Of a stretch of 64,000 nt of DNA, positions 34,237 to 45,053 are shown piece by piece. Numbering within the stretch: position 1 is the first letter of the stretch; each line of letters begins with the position of its first letter. This stretch comes from Carpediemonas membranifera BICM (lineage: Eukaryota > Protista > Fornicata). The notes under the pieces are model-generated. The model saw only the letters and a program-made list of their open reading frames with translations, was not told the origin of the DNA and made no database searches. A program made the translations under genes and the position numbers. The stretch is taken from positions 1,028,272-1,092,271 of the forward strand of contig JAHDYR010000053.1 in assembly GCA_019828565.1 (NCBI GenBank), given 5' to 3'.

Positions 34237-37200
34237 ATGCACACAGTGGACGCAAACTACGCGGCGGCACACATTGCCTATGCCCTCTCGGATGTGTCTA
34301 TGATCTATCCCATCACACCCTCCTCCACCATGGGCGAATTGGTGGACCAGTGGGCCAGCGAAGACCGGAAGAACATCTATGGCAACCTCCTGAAGGTCGT
34401 CGAGATGCAGTCTGAAGGCGGTGTCGCTGGTTCCGTCCACGGCTGCATTGGCACTGGCTCCCTCGTCTCCACTTTCACTGCCTCCCAGGGCCTCCTCCTC
34501 ATGATGCCCAACATGTACAAGATCGCCGGCGAGCTCCTCCCCTGTGTCTTCCACGTGTCTGCCCGTGCCGTTGCCGGCCAGGCTCTTTCCATCTTCGGTG
34601 ACCACTCTGATGTTATGGGTGTCCGCGCCGCCGGCTGGAACTACATCGCCTCCGCCTCTGCCCAGGAGTCCATGGATCTCGCCCTCGTCGCTCACCTCGC
34701 CACTCTGCGCGCTTCCCTCCCCTTCGTCCACTTCTTCGATGGTTTCCGCAGCTCCCACGAGCTCTCCACCATCGATTTCATCGACTACGCTGACATCGCC
34801 AAGCTCGTCGACCACGACGCCATTGCCGCCTTCCGCGCCCGCGCCCTCAACCCCGAGCACCCCGTCATGCGCGGTACCGCCCAGGGCCCCGAGATCTTCA
34901 TGCAGGCTGTTGAGGCCGCCAACAAGTACTACAACGCCGTTCCCGAGATCGTCCAGGAGGAGATGGACCGCGTCTCTAAGCTGACCGGCCGTGAGTACCA
35001 CCTCTTCGACTACCACGGTGCCGCCGACGCCACCAAGGTCATCGTCACCATCGGCTCCTCCGCCAATGTCATCCACGAGACCGTCGACTACCTGCTCAAG
35101 CAGGGCGAGAAGGTTGGCCTCATCAAGTGCCGCCTCCCCCGCCCCTTCTCCGTCGAGCACTTCGTCGCCGCCATGCCCAAGACCGTCCAGAAGGTTGCCG
35201 TCCTCGACCGCACCAAGGAGCCCGGCGCTGTTGGCGAGCCCCTCTACCTCGACGTTGTCGCCGCCATGATGTCCGCCTACGAGGGCACCATGCCTAAGAT
35301 CGTCGGTGGCCGCTACGGCCTCGGCTCCAAGGCCTTCACCCCCGCCATGGTCAAGGGCATCTACGACTACCTCGAGAACAAGCCCCAGCACGGCTTCCTT
35401 GTCGGCATCGAGGACGATGTCTGCCACAAGTCCATCCCCGTTGGCGAGGAGATCAACGTCATGCCCAACGACGTCAAGCAGTGCCTCTTCTGGGGCCTCG
35501 GCGCCGATGGCACTGTTGGTGCTAACAAGAACGTCATGAAGCTCATCAGCGAGGAGTCCGACAACTACGTCCAGGGCTACTTCGCTTACGATTCCAAGAA
35601 GTCTGGCGGTGTCACTGCTTCCCACCTTCGCTTCGGTCCCCGCCCCATCACCTCTCACTACGAGATCGTGACCGCTGACTACGTCGCTTGCCACTTCGCC
35701 CAGTACGCCAAGACCTTCGACCTCCTCTCCTCCCTCGCCAAGGGTGGTGTGTTCGTCCTCAACACTGTCTGGACCGACGAGGAGCTTGAGCACGAGCTCC
35801 CCAACGCCTTCAAGCGCGAGCTCGCCGAGAAGAACGCCAAGTTCTACTGCATCAACGCTAACGCCGTCGCTGAGAAGTGCGGCCTCGGTGGCCGTATCAA
35901 CAACGTCATGATGACTGTCTTCTTCAAGCTCGTCGAGATCATCCCCCTCGAGACCGCCGTCAAGGCCCTCAAGGCCGCTGTCTACAAGTCCTACCGTCTC
36001 AAGGGCGACGACATCGTCAACAACAACTACGCCGCTATCGATGCTGCCCTCGAGGGCCTCCGCGAGGTCCCCGTCAAGGCTGAGTGGGCTTCCCTCAAGG
36101 ACGACGAGGCCACCCTCGGCAACGAGAACGAGACCTACCGCAAGATCATCAAGCCCCTTGCTGAGCAGCGCGGCAACAGCCTCCCCGTCTCTGCCCTCCC
36201 CGCCGGCGGCGAGATGCCCACCGCCACCACTCAGTACGAGCGCCGCTGCGTCGCCTCCCACGTCCCCAAGTGGGCCGGCGAGTGCTCTCAGTGCAACAAG
36301 TGCTCCCTGGTGTGCCCCCACGCCACCATCCGCCCCTTCCTCGTCACCGAGGAGCAGGCCAAGGCCGCCGACCTCACCGTCCAGAAGGCCAAGGCTCTTG
36401 GCAAGAACGCCCCCACCGACCTCTTCTTCCGCATCCAGGTCGACCCCTTCGACTGCACTGGCTGTGGCGCCTGCGTTGAGGTGTGCCCCTCCCACGCCCT
36501 CTCCTTCCAGACCATCGACGAGGGTCTTGAGGCTGAGGCCGAGCACTGGGACTACTGCCTTACCCTTCCCCTCCGCGACGACATCCTCGCCCCCTCCACC
36601 GTCAAGGGCGCCATGTTCCAGCGTCCCCTTCTTGAGTTCTCTGGTGCCTGCGCCGGCTGCGGTGAGACCCCCTACGTCAAGCTCCTCACCCAGCTCTTCG
36701 GCTCCCGCATGATCATCGCCAACGCTACTGGCTGCTCTTCCATCTGGGGTGGCTCCTTCCCCGTCTCCCCCTACGCTGTTGACAAGGACGGCAAGGGCCC
36801 CGCCTGGGCTAACTCCCTCTTCGAGGACAACGCCGAGTACGGCGCTGGCTTCGCCGTCTCCGTCCAGACCCGCCGCGCCAACCTCGCCCTCGACATGGAC
36901 CGTGTTGTCGCTGACAAGCTTGTCTCCGACGAGCTTGCTACCGCGTTCGCCGCCTGGAAGGAGGGCATGAACGTTGCTGAGGTCGCCGCCATCGAGGCCG
37001 CGAAGGTCAAGGCCCTTCTCAAGGACGTCAAGGCCGAGACCGGTACCCCTCTCGAGCGCATCCTCCAGAACCAGGACCTCCTCGCCAAGCCTTCCGTCTG
37101 GATCGTCGGTGGTGACGGCTGGGCCTACGATATCGGCTATGGTGGCCTCGACCACGTGCTCTCCATGGGCCTCGACCTCAACATCCTCGTCATGGACACT

Positions 37201-37755
37201 GAGGTGTACTCTAACACTGGTGGCCAGTGCTCCAAGGCCACCCAGATGGGCGCTGTCGCTAAGTTCAGCTCCAGCGGGAAGCCCGGCAAGAAGAAGGATC
37301 TTGGCGCCATCGCCATGACCTACGGCAACGTCTTCGTCGCCTCTGTCGCCATGGGCGCCAACACCAAGCAGCTCATCGACTCTGTCTCGGCTGCTGAGTC
37401 CTACAACGGCACCTCTCTGATCATTGCCTACGCCCCGTGCATTGCTCACGGCATCAAGGGCGGCCTCCGCCGCGCTCAGAATGAGGAGAAGCTCGCTGTC
37501 GAGTCTGGCTACTGGCTGCTCTACTCGTTCGACCCCCGCCTTGCTGCTGCTGGCAAGAACCCCATGAAGCTGACCTCCAAGCCCGCTAAGATCGACGTTC
37601 AGGAGTTCCTCGACAACGAGGCCCGTTTCGCCGCCCTCAAGAAGACCCAGCCCGAGCGCGCTGCCGAGCTCGCCGCCCAGCTCTCCAAGGACCTCAAGGC
37701 CCGCTACCACCAGTACGTCGCTTTGGTCGCCGCCAACGAGCCCCAGGCTGAATAA
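34237..37755 (+). CDS. PFO: Pyruvate:ferredoxin oxidoreductase copy 3 (intact)
   Basis: Same motifs as copy 2; differs by very few substitutions (e.g. PND versus PSD). Confidence 0.97.
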   Translation: MHTVDANYAAAHIAYALSDVSMIYPITPSSTMGELVDQWASEDRKNIYGNLLKVVEMQSEGGVAGSVHGCIGTGSLVSTFTASQGLLLMMPNMYKIAGELLPCVFHVSARAVAGQALSIFGDHSDVMGVRAAGWNYIASASAQESMDLALVAHLATLRASLPFVHFFDGFRSSHELSTIDFIDYADIAKLVDHDAIAAFRARALNPEHPVMRGTAQGPEIFMQAVEAANKYYNAVPEIVQEEMDRVSKLTGREYHLFDYHGAADATKVIVTIGSSANVIHETVDYLLKQGEKVGLIKCRLPRPFSVEHFVAAMPKTVQKVAVLDRTKEPGAVGEPLYLDVVAAMMSAYEGTMPKIVGGRYGLGSKAFTPAMVKGIYDYLENKPQHGFLVGIEDDVCHKSIPVGEEINVMPNDVKQCLFWGLGADGTVGANKNVMKLISEESDNYVQGYFAYDSKKSGGVTASHLRFGPRPITSHYEIVTADYVACHFAQYAKTFDLLSSLAKGGVFVLNTVWTDEELEHELPNAFKRELAEKNAKFYCINANAVAEKCGLGGRINNVMMTVFFKLVEIIPLETAVKALKAAVYKSYRLKGDDIVNNNYAAIDAALEGLREVPVKAEWASLKDDEATLGNENETYRKIIKPLAEQRGNSLPVSALPAGGEMPTATTQYERRCVASHVPKWAGECSQCNKCSLVCPHATIRPFLVTEEQAKAADLTVQKAKALGKNAPTDLFFRIQVDPFDCTGCGACVEVCPSHALSFQTIDEGLEAEAEHWDYCLTLPLRDDILAPSTVKGAMFQRPLLEFSGACAGCGETPYVKLLTQLFGSRMIIANATGCSSIWGGSFPVSPYAVDKDGKGPAWANSLFEDNAEYGAGFAVSVQTRRANLALDMDRVVADKLVSDELATAFAAWKEGMNVAEVAAIEAAKVKALLKDVKAETGTPLERILQNQDLLAKPSVWIVGGDGWAYDIGYGGLDHVLSMGLDLNILVMDTEVYSNTGGQCSKATQMGAVAKFSSSGKPGKKKDLGAIAMTYGNVFVASVAMGANTKQLIDSVSAAESYNGTSLIIAYAPCIAHGIKGGLRRAQNEEKLAVESGYWLLYSFDPRLAAAGKNPMKLTSKPAKIDVQEFLDNEARFAALKKTQPERAAELAAQLSKDLKARYHQYVALVAANEPQAE

Positions 37756-37994
37756 GATCGATAAACTTTTACTATGTGTGAGATCTTTGTCCTGCGATAA
37801 TTCGTCTGCCAGGGAGAGTTGAAGCCCGATGATGAGCGGTGTGGGTAAGGTAAGGTAAGTGCCACAACCGGCTCGATTGCTTCCGTAATCAAGCCGCTGA
37901 CGTGATAAATATTCTACTCTGGGGAGGAGCGAGCAGTCTCCTAGATGCCGGGCAGTAAGGCCTCAACGCGGTGGTGATATCGTGAGAAGTTCGG

Positions 37995-39779
37995 ATGGCA
38001 GTGTGCGCTGTAACTATATCATCTGTGGCGACTGGCGCAATTGAGATTTTATATGATTTTTCTCGTGAAGTCTTTCGACTGTGGATGGAGTCATTTTTTC
38101 ATTCCTTTGATATGGTCTCCATGGATAAGGAAACGATGCAGTCCGCCTTGCGGTACACGAAACAAGGCGCGATCACATGTATTCGCATCCTGAAGAGTTG
38201 TTTGCCCTATATCAGGTTTGTTCTCGGCAAGAAGTTTATCGGCCTCTACACGGCCGCTCTGTCTCTTGTTCTGTGTATGATACTTGCCTGGCAGGTTGAA
38301 GGACGTCGTGCGGAGTTCCACTGCGCCGCTGTCGCCGGCGTATGCGCCTGCTGCTGGATTTTCGAGGTCCTGCCTCTCCCAATCACCGCGCTGCTCCCCG
38401 CCATCCTCCTGCCTATCCTGGACGTCGTCAGCGCCAAGACCATCGCCACGAAGTACTTCTCGGACACTATCTTCGTCTTCGTCGGCGGCTTCGTCATGGC
38501 GCTTGCCATGCAGAAGTGGGGTCTCCACAAGCGCATCGCCCTCGGCCTCGTCCGCATCATCGGCGTCAAGCCCCGCATGCTCCTGTTCGGCGTGATGTTT
38601 GCTGTCTGGTTCCTCTCGATGTGGATGAGCAACACCGCCACTGCAATGGCCATGCTCCCCTCGGCCCTCGCCATCATCGAGAACCTCGAGGAGGACGTCG
38701 AGCCCGCCCGTATCAAGAAGTTCTCTCTCGGCCTCTTCCTCGGCATCGCATTTGCTGCGGGTATCGGCGGCATCGCCACGACCATCGGCACACCCCCGAA
38801 CCTCGTGCTCCTCAAGGTCTTCGATGAGCAGTTCCCCAACGCCGAAAACGTCATGACCTTCTCCAAATGGTTCGTGTTCGGCCTGCCCACGGCGCTGATC
38901 TTCTTCATCATCTGCTACGCATTCTTTGCCATTTTCTACTGCCCATGGAGGAATAGCATCAACATCGAGAAGTCCGTCATCCGCCAGCAGTACCACGCCC
39001 TCGGTGATATGAAGCTCGAAGAGAAGCTCGTCGCTATAGTTTTCGTCGTCCTCGCCATTTGCTGGATGACGATTGGCGGGCTCAACCTCTTCCTCTTCGA
39101 GATCCCCGGCTGGAAGGAGATCTTCCCCGGCGGCGACAAGAGCGACCAGATCAAGGACGGCACCGTCGCCCTCATTGCCGCGGTCCTCATGTTCTGCATC
39201 CCGTCGACCCGCAAGGTCACCCGCAGGGAGAACGGCGTCGAGACGGAGGTCCGGGACATGCTGATGGACTGGGAGACCATGCGCGGCATGCCCTGGGACC
39301 TCGTCTTGCTCTTCGGTGGCGGGTTCGCCCTCGCTGCGGGCTTCACTGCCTCCGGACTCGACTCGTACATGGCTGACGGGCTCAAGTCCTTCGAGGACTG
39401 GCCGATCTTCGTGTTCGTCGCCATCATCGCCGTTGTCTCCGCCACCATCACGTCGTTCTCGTCCAACACCGCCACGGCCAACATGCTGCTCCCCGCCATG
39501 GCTTCCCTGGCCACTGGCATCAACGTCCACCCCCTCCTCGTCATGATCCCGTGTGCCTTATCCTGCTCGTTTGCATTTATGTTCCCCTACTCAACCCCGC
39601 CCAACGTCATTGTCTTCGGGTCGGGCAGACTCCGGATGACCGATATGATGCTGGCCGGCTTCTTTATGAACATCATCGGTCTGATCGTCACGATGACGGT
39701 GACGTTCACCCTCGTCCCCCTAGTGTGGGGTTTCAACCCCTTCGACTCAAGCGTCCCCTCCGGTTGGACTTCGAACTAA
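37995..39779 (+). CDS. SLC13/DASS family Na+-dicarboxylate/sulfate symporter (exact start uncertain)
   Basis: EVLPLPITAL, LSMWMSNTATAM, GGIATTIGTPPN, PWDLVLLFGGGFALA, SNTATA and AFMFPYSTPPN; many TM helices. Confidence 0.92.
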   Translation: MAVCAVTISSVATGAIEILYDFSREVFRLWMESFFHSFDMVSMDKETMQSALRYTKQGAITCIRILKSCLPYIRFVLGKKFIGLYTAALSLVLCMILAWQVEGRRAEFHCAAVAGVCACCWIFEVLPLPITALLPAILLPILDVVSAKTIATKYFSDTIFVFVGGFVMALAMQKWGLHKRIALGLVRIIGVKPRMLLFGVMFAVWFLSMWMSNTATAMAMLPSALAIIENLEEDVEPARIKKFSLGLFLGIAFAAGIGGIATTIGTPPNLVLLKVFDEQFPNAENVMTFSKWFVFGLPTALIFFIICYAFFAIFYCPWRNSINIEKSVIRQQYHALGDMKLEEKLVAIVFVVLAICWMTIGGLNLFLFEIPGWKEIFPGGDKSDQIKDGTVALIAAVLMFCIPSTRKVTRRENGVETEVRDMLMDWETMRGMPWDLVLLFGGGFALAAGFTASGLDSYMADGLKSFEDWPIFVFVAIIAVVSATITSFSSNTATANMLLPAMASLATGINVHPLLVMIPCALSCSFAFMFPYSTPPNVIVFGSGRLRMTDMMLAGFFMNIIGLIVTMTVTFTLVPLVWGFNPFDSSVPSGWTSN

Positions 39780-40239
39780 GGGTCGAGATCGGATAAACTG
39801 ATACATAAATGTACATTGGTAACGTAAAGAGTCACGGGGGACATCAATTGGAGACAGAGTGGCGCTATATCGTCAGGAAGGTTACCTGGGCGTAACGGGC
39901 CGGGAGCGGAGGGCGACGAGTTTGCCCCGCACCCGCAGGTTGATGACTAGCTTGCTACAGGGACAAGGCAGTACCCCGGGGCACTCAGCTCCAAGACAAC
40001 GGGAAACAAGCTCAGTCCGGGGTCAGAAACCAAGCACCATAAATTTCTTTCTTTCTTTTGCACCGGCAGGTTGATTCGCCGGCCAGGCGAGCCAAGCAAG
40101 AATGGCTGGTGGTAAGGTCGAGACTTCCCCCCGTTGGATATCTAGCGTAGTATGTGAGAAAGGCTTGCTAGTCAAGCTGTCTAGGCGAGGTGGCTTTGTA
40201 AAATACGCATACGCATGCATCCGCGCATGCAATAAAGGT

Positions 40240-40321
40240 CGACGCCGATGGGGTTTGAACCCATGCTCACAATGTGAAATGGTTTTCAAGACCATCGCCT
40301 TAACCACTCGGCCACAGCGTC
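40240..40321 (-). tRNA. tRNA-Ser (anticodon UGA)
   Basis: Minus strand reads GACGCTG TGGCCGAGTGGTTAAGGC G ATGGT-CT-TGA-AA-ACCAT, a long variable arm TCAC-ATT-GTGA, T-arm ATGGG-TTCAAAC-CCCAT and acceptor 3' CGGCGTC-G; 82 nt. Confidence 0.95.
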
Positions 40322-41072
40322 TTTCGATCATTTGGATCGGAAGTCGTTGGTCTGTGGCAACCAGACCAAGTGCCTTCCGTCTGACTTGGCAGACGCCTCG
40401 GCTGTCTAGCCAAACCTAACGGGGGGGAGTGAATTTACGGGTCGACCTCCAGGTCTCGCGCGTGAATTCGGCTGTCGGGAGACTCGCCCGACGCCTGGTG
40501 CTCGCCTCAGGAGCGAAGCGGTGGCCGCCGTCTTGTCGGCCATTTCTCTCCAGCATGTGCCAAATCAATTCATCAATTGATTGGGCGGGACTACAGTGCC
40601 CTCCGTCCGTTCCCATCATAGGCCAGGCCGTTCCTGGCGTGCGGTGCCCATCACCGCGGAGCCGCAGACCTACGTAGTATGATGAGCATCACGCGTCGGA
40701 GCGCCTTGTGCGCCCCGGGGGCCCCTGATGCTCGGCGTGCAGTTTATGGTCGGGCAAATCGTGCAGAGATTGCGCGAAAAGCCGATGTGCTAGGTTTATA
40801 ATCTGTGATGTCGAACTACTGAACCAAAAGGGGCCCGGTATTCCACAAATCATGTCCTGTCTTAACACCGCGGCTGCCGCCGCACGCATATGCGTATTTT
40901 ACGAAGCCACCTTAAGAGCATCTCACCCATGGCGTCTGGTGCCTCATCAATAAGGGAACATCTCCGCTCAAATCATTGACATGTAGTCTCTTCATGCCTC
41001 ACACCACATGGACCCTGTATTCAAGCTCGAATCAGCTCAGTCACCACTCAACGCCCCACCCCTCCTCCTTTA

Positions 41073-43172
41073 CTAGACGAGATACGTCCCCTCCGCCAGG
41101 TCGCCCGCCCTATAGGCGTCCATGAGGTCCTTCAGATCCTGGACCCTCTCCTTGAGCCTGACACCGATATCGGTCTCAGCCACCCTCAGCCTGTGGCTCC
41201 ACTTCTCAATGATCTTCAGCTCAGTGACCATGTCCTCGTTCGTGTCGACAGCGTGGTGTCTTGACAGGAATGGCTTATGAATGGCCAACCACAGGCCGTG
41301 GGAGTCGTTGATGAGCGTGTACCCCGCCGTCCCCGTCTCCCCCTGGTATGCCTCGCAGTAGCCCCCATCAATGGCAATGAGTCGGCCGTTGGCCTTGACC
41401 GGCATCTCACCGTCCTTGGCTCTCACAGGGACGTGCCCGTTGATGATGTGCCCGTGGGTGACGTCCGCATCGAACTCAGCCAGGACCTTCTTGACGAACT
41501 CCTCGTCTTCTCTCAGCTTGTAGTACGCGTTTCCCTGCTCCTTCCACTGAATCTTATCCTCGAGGAAATAACGCTCGAACGTGGCCATCTTGCTACGGCC
41601 AAACAGAGGCGAGACAGGACCAGCCCAAAGATACCACATGCAGTCGCACCCGAACTGCTTTCGAGCATATGGATCTGACTGGCCCTGACCTTCATGGGCT
41701 GCCAGCTCGATGGGCGTGATCTCGGGCAAGAAATAACCATCGCGGGCAGCCTTATCGAAAGCATCGAGCTGGGATACCCCGGCCAGTGGCTTCCCGAATA
41801 TGTTATTCGTAGTAAATTCACCGTTCGCGTCGACTGGGATGCAGCCATGGAAGAGGAGATCGCCGTTCTTGACCAGATAGATGGACCCCACCTGGAATAA
41901 GAACCGGATGTGCTCCTGCAGCGCCGAGGACGATTGGAAGGAGTACCGCAGCCGCTGCAGCACCTTGATCTCGGCCTCACTGAGGGCAGTCGGGTTGGCT
42001 GGGTCGACCGTGGGCCACACCTTGTCCTTGAGCGGATATGTCTGCCCGTCGATGGTGATCGTGTAGTTCTCCCAGTCGACCATGCGGAGAGACTGTCGGC
42101 CGGCCATGCCGAACGACGGGTTGCGGTCGATGAGACTTGACTCGACCTTAAACTGCATAATGGAGACTGCCTTGTGCATTTGGGCGACGAGCTTGCGGTT
42201 GGTCTTGTCGCTCTTGGGGATGAAGAGCTCGCATGGGTCGTCGGCGTAGGTCTCCATAGCAAAGGTCGCGAGTGGAAGCAGGCTGATACCGTACCCGTTC
42301 TCGATCGTGTCGAGGTTGTTATAACGGAGGCTGATTCTGAGAACGTTGCAGATGCAGGCGAGTGACCCAGCTGCAGCACCCATCCACAACATGTCATGGT
42401 TGCCCCAGGCGACGTCGATGCTGTGGAAATGCATAAGTGTGTCCATGATGCGGTGTGCCATGGAGCCGCGGTCGTAAACATCGCCCAGAACATGGAGGTG
42501 GTCCACAGCCAGACGTTGGATCAGACGGCAAAGGGCAACGAGCAGAGACGCGCCCTGACCGAGGTCAATGGCCTCCCGGATGATGGAGGTATAGTAGGTT
42601 CGCTTGTCACTACTATCCTCTTGCTCATGGATGAGCTCGTTGATCATGTAGCTGAACTGCTTGGGGAGGGCCTTGGTCACCTTCGACCGGGTGTACTTCG
42701 ATGCGGCCAGTCGGGCTACCATTACGAGCCTGTAGATGTTGACGGCGAGCCAGTCATCTCTCGCAGCGACCTCGGGCATTGCGTGGAATATGATACGCAT
42801 CTTCTGCTCAGGGTAGTAGACAAGCATGCAGAGAGCGGCCCTCTCATCGGCACAGAGCGTCATTCCGAACGCCTGGTCGACCTTGTAGGCGACGACCCCA
42901 CTGGCGTTGCGGAGGGTGTGATCGAACGACCGGAAGGCGCCATGGAGGTCGCTGACGTATTGTTCAGTGCCCTTGGGCAGCCCGAGGATGGCGCGAAGGT
43001 TGATGGCCTCACAGGCGGCAGTTTCAAGTGTTGGGAACGTTTGGGAGAGAGTTTTCAGGTACTTCACGCGTACTTCATTCATGGTTGCTTCTGTGATCCG
43101 TTCAGCGGCTGAAACGTTACTATTGGTCACGCTTGCAATACTATACGAACGATCACGTGATCTCCTCGGCAT
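41073..43172 (-). CDS. Fructose-1,6-bisphosphatase class III (bacterial Fbp/YydE type)
   Basis: INLRAILGLPKGTE..SDLHG, LRNASG, SKYTRSKV.KALP, DHLHVLGDVYDRG, WGNHD, IINGHVPV and IDGG are class III FBPase motifs. Confidence 0.92.
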   Translation of the reverse strand: MPRRSRDRSYSIASVTNSNVSAAERITEATMNEVRVKYLKTLSQTFPTLETAACEAINLRAILGLPKGTEQYVSDLHGAFRSFDHTLRNASGVVAYKVDQAFGMTLCADERAALCMLVYYPEQKMRIIFHAMPEVAARDDWLAVNIYRLVMVARLAASKYTRSKVTKALPKQFSYMINELIHEQEDSSDKRTYYTSIIREAIDLGQGASLLVALCRLIQRLAVDHLHVLGDVYDRGSMAHRIMDTLMHFHSIDVAWGNHDMLWMGAAAGSLACICNVLRISLRYNNLDTIENGYGISLLPLATFAMETYADDPCELFIPKSDKTNRKLVAQMHKAVSIMQFKVESSLIDRNPSFGMAGRQSLRMVDWENYTITIDGQTYPLKDKVWPTVDPANPTALSEAEIKVLQRLRYSFQSSSALQEHIRFLFQVGSIYLVKNGDLLFHGCIPVDANGEFTTNNIFGKPLAGVSQLDAFDKAARDGYFLPEITPIELAAHEGQGQSDPYARKQFGCDCMWYLWAGPVSPLFGRSKMATFERYFLEDKIQWKEQGNAYYKLREDEEFVKKVLAEFDADVTHGHIINGHVPVRAKDGEMPVKANGRLIAIDGGYCEAYQGETGTAGYTLINDSHGLWLAIHKPFLSRHHAVDTNEDMVTELKIIEKWSHRLRVAETDIGVRLKERVQDLKDLMDAYRAGDLAEGTYLV

Positions 43173-43412
43173 CTGGCGCTGTGGCGTGTCGAGTCGTTAG
43201 TTTTCGTCACGGACTCGGCAAGACCGGACCGTTCGAGATTGTGCGGGATCTGCTACGGTGTCTCTGTGTCAAGCCCCTAACGTGGCGCATGGCGAGAGGG
43301 ACAGCACGGCCGACACGCCCAAGTTGACATTCCCCCAGCCAAAGATACTCGCAAGATTCTGTCACGAGTCTAGTGACCATCACCTGGCATTTATCTACAA
43401 TACTCCAGTCTA

Positions 43413-44174
43413 TCATGAGAACTCTGCCATGATGTCGTCAACGGCCGCCAGCTCTGCCTCGTGTCGCTGCTCCAAGGCTGCGAGAGACACGTCCTCCTGA
43501 CCATCCAGGCCGAGGCGGCCCGACCCACTGTCACTATCGCCCAGACCGTCCCTGGCCCTTGAGATCCGCTGTGGACTGTCGGTGTCATCCAGGGTCCGTG
43601 CACGTTGAGTGGAGCCGAAGGCGAACGTTGGTTTCGTCATTGTCCGCCTGGCTGGCACGGGGCGGGGTACGTGCGTGTCGGCGTACTCCTTCGCCTTCAC
43701 ACGCTTCATGGCAGCGTCTTGCGACTGTTGCCACGTCCCCTTACCATCGACGACGGCGTAAACCATCTTCTTATCGCGTTTGGGCCGCTGCGGCAGCCCT
43801 GCTTGCTTGTGAACCTGCCCGACCGTCTTGCTATACTCCATCATCTTCTCCCGATGTTCACGAGCTGCCTTGGTGCGTTCGTTTTCCAGATCGGGGCCCA
43901 GACGAGCGACACCTTGGTTCCTGATGCGCTCCTGCATGGCTTCGTAGTCAGAAACTGAATAAGGCTTGTAGTCCACTCTTCTTCTTGGCTTCTTCGATTG
44001 AATGTCTGACGTCGTGCTGCGCTGGGTGCTACTCTGAGAGGTAGCACTGAACGTTCCATCTCGTTTCACTGTTGTGATCTTATTCGCGAACTTTTGCTCG
44101 AACGATGAAGCACCAGAGCTTCGTCGAGACATATTGTGCGTTTGTTCGCCGTCGTCTGAACTTTTGGACAGCAT
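43413..44174 (-). CDS. Jhy-like (C11orf63) ciliary protein C-terminal domain; start at 44174 or 44132
   Basis: YKPYSVSDY..LGPD..REKMMEYSK..RVKAKEYA..VPRP..LEQRHE..V follows the Jhy C-terminal pattern. Confidence 0.6.
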   Translation of the reverse strand: MLSKSSDDGEQTHNMSRRSSGASSFEQKFANKITTVKRDGTFSATSQSSTQRSTTSDIQSKKPRRRVDYKPYSVSDYEAMQERIRNQGVARLGPDLENERTKAAREHREKMMEYSKTVGQVHKQAGLPQRPKRDKKMVYAVVDGKGTWQQSQDAAMKRVKAKEYADTHVPRPVPARRTMTKPTFAFGSTQRARTLDDTDSPQRISRARDGLGDSDSGSGRLGLDGQEDVSLAALEQRHEAELAAVDDIMAEFS

Positions 44175-44340
44175 ATGAAAGTGCACCAAGAGAGGGTGGG
44201 AGACGTATGGTGTGTGATGGCCACTAGAGCCATGCTATGGACGATGGGCTTCCCTCATTCGTCCCTCGCCACCCCTTCCATCAAGACATAGGTGCCATGA
44301 GCAGATAAACTCACACATCATGAATCCGCATTTATGTCAC

Positions 44341-45053
44341 TCAGGCCAGCTTCTTGACTGGGTTGGCCTTGGCGCTCTTGCTCCAGTAGCTGGTGACCTT
44401 GAACGTCATGTTCGCCATTTCATACCCAAAGTGAGTCAGAAGCTTCGCCTGCTTGGCAGTGAGCTCATCACCCTCGTTGCAGATGGTGTAGTCGTGTAGC
44501 AGTGTGATCACACCCTCGTGGAGCTTGCATGGCAGACCCAGCGCGCGGAGACGGGGCTCGAGGGGGAATGGGAACTCAATCTTGTCCAGAGGCCCCTCAG
44601 GAATCTCTACGTCCTCTGTCGCAATGTTACCGGCCGTAGCGGCGACAGGCTCGCTGTACTTGTTGAAGAATGACTGGACGAGTTTGGGGCCGGAGGAGGA
44701 GACGAAAAGCATAGAATCACCGCTGATGTCCTTGACAAGGCCGTCAAGGCCGGCAGGAACATCTTCACCGCTGAGGGCAATCGCCATAACGCGCTTCTTG
44801 CCATTGAAGATGCGACCACCGGGGTGCTCCTTCGTGGCAACCTGAAGGAGCTCACGGACGTTGCCCATCTTCGAAGAAACAAGGTTTTTGTGTTGAATAA
44901 CGTAAACATATGCGGCGTCCTTCACTTCATCTCTGATCTTGGCAACAAGCTCCTCTTTCTGTTCACGGCCCTTCTTCTCAACCTCAGTGAGGGCAACTGG
45001 GTAATATACGTTGGTATCAACAAACAATCGCGGTCGCGGCGGTTCCTAGGCAT
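44341..45053 (-). CDS. MRT4: Ribosome assembly factor Mrt4; two exons (intron 44997-45025)
   Basis: Splicing a 29-nt GTTTGT..CCAG intron gives MPRNRRDRDFALTEVEKKG, the Mrt4-type N-terminus. Also GKKRVMAIAL, EPRLRALGLP and LTAKQAKLL. Confidence 0.9.

Larger units (their letters stand above)
25154..37765 (+). repeat. Tandem array of PFO units, about 4003 bp, about 3.15 copies
   Basis: ATGs at 26227, 30234 and 34237. The ~480-bp spacers are near-identical. Confidence 0.95.

Noticed and set aside
37898-37905. TGACGTGA (CRE/ATF-like) motif upstream of SLC13 and PFO
   Set aside because: Only two independent occurrences of an 8-mer noted; not enough to call a regulatory site.
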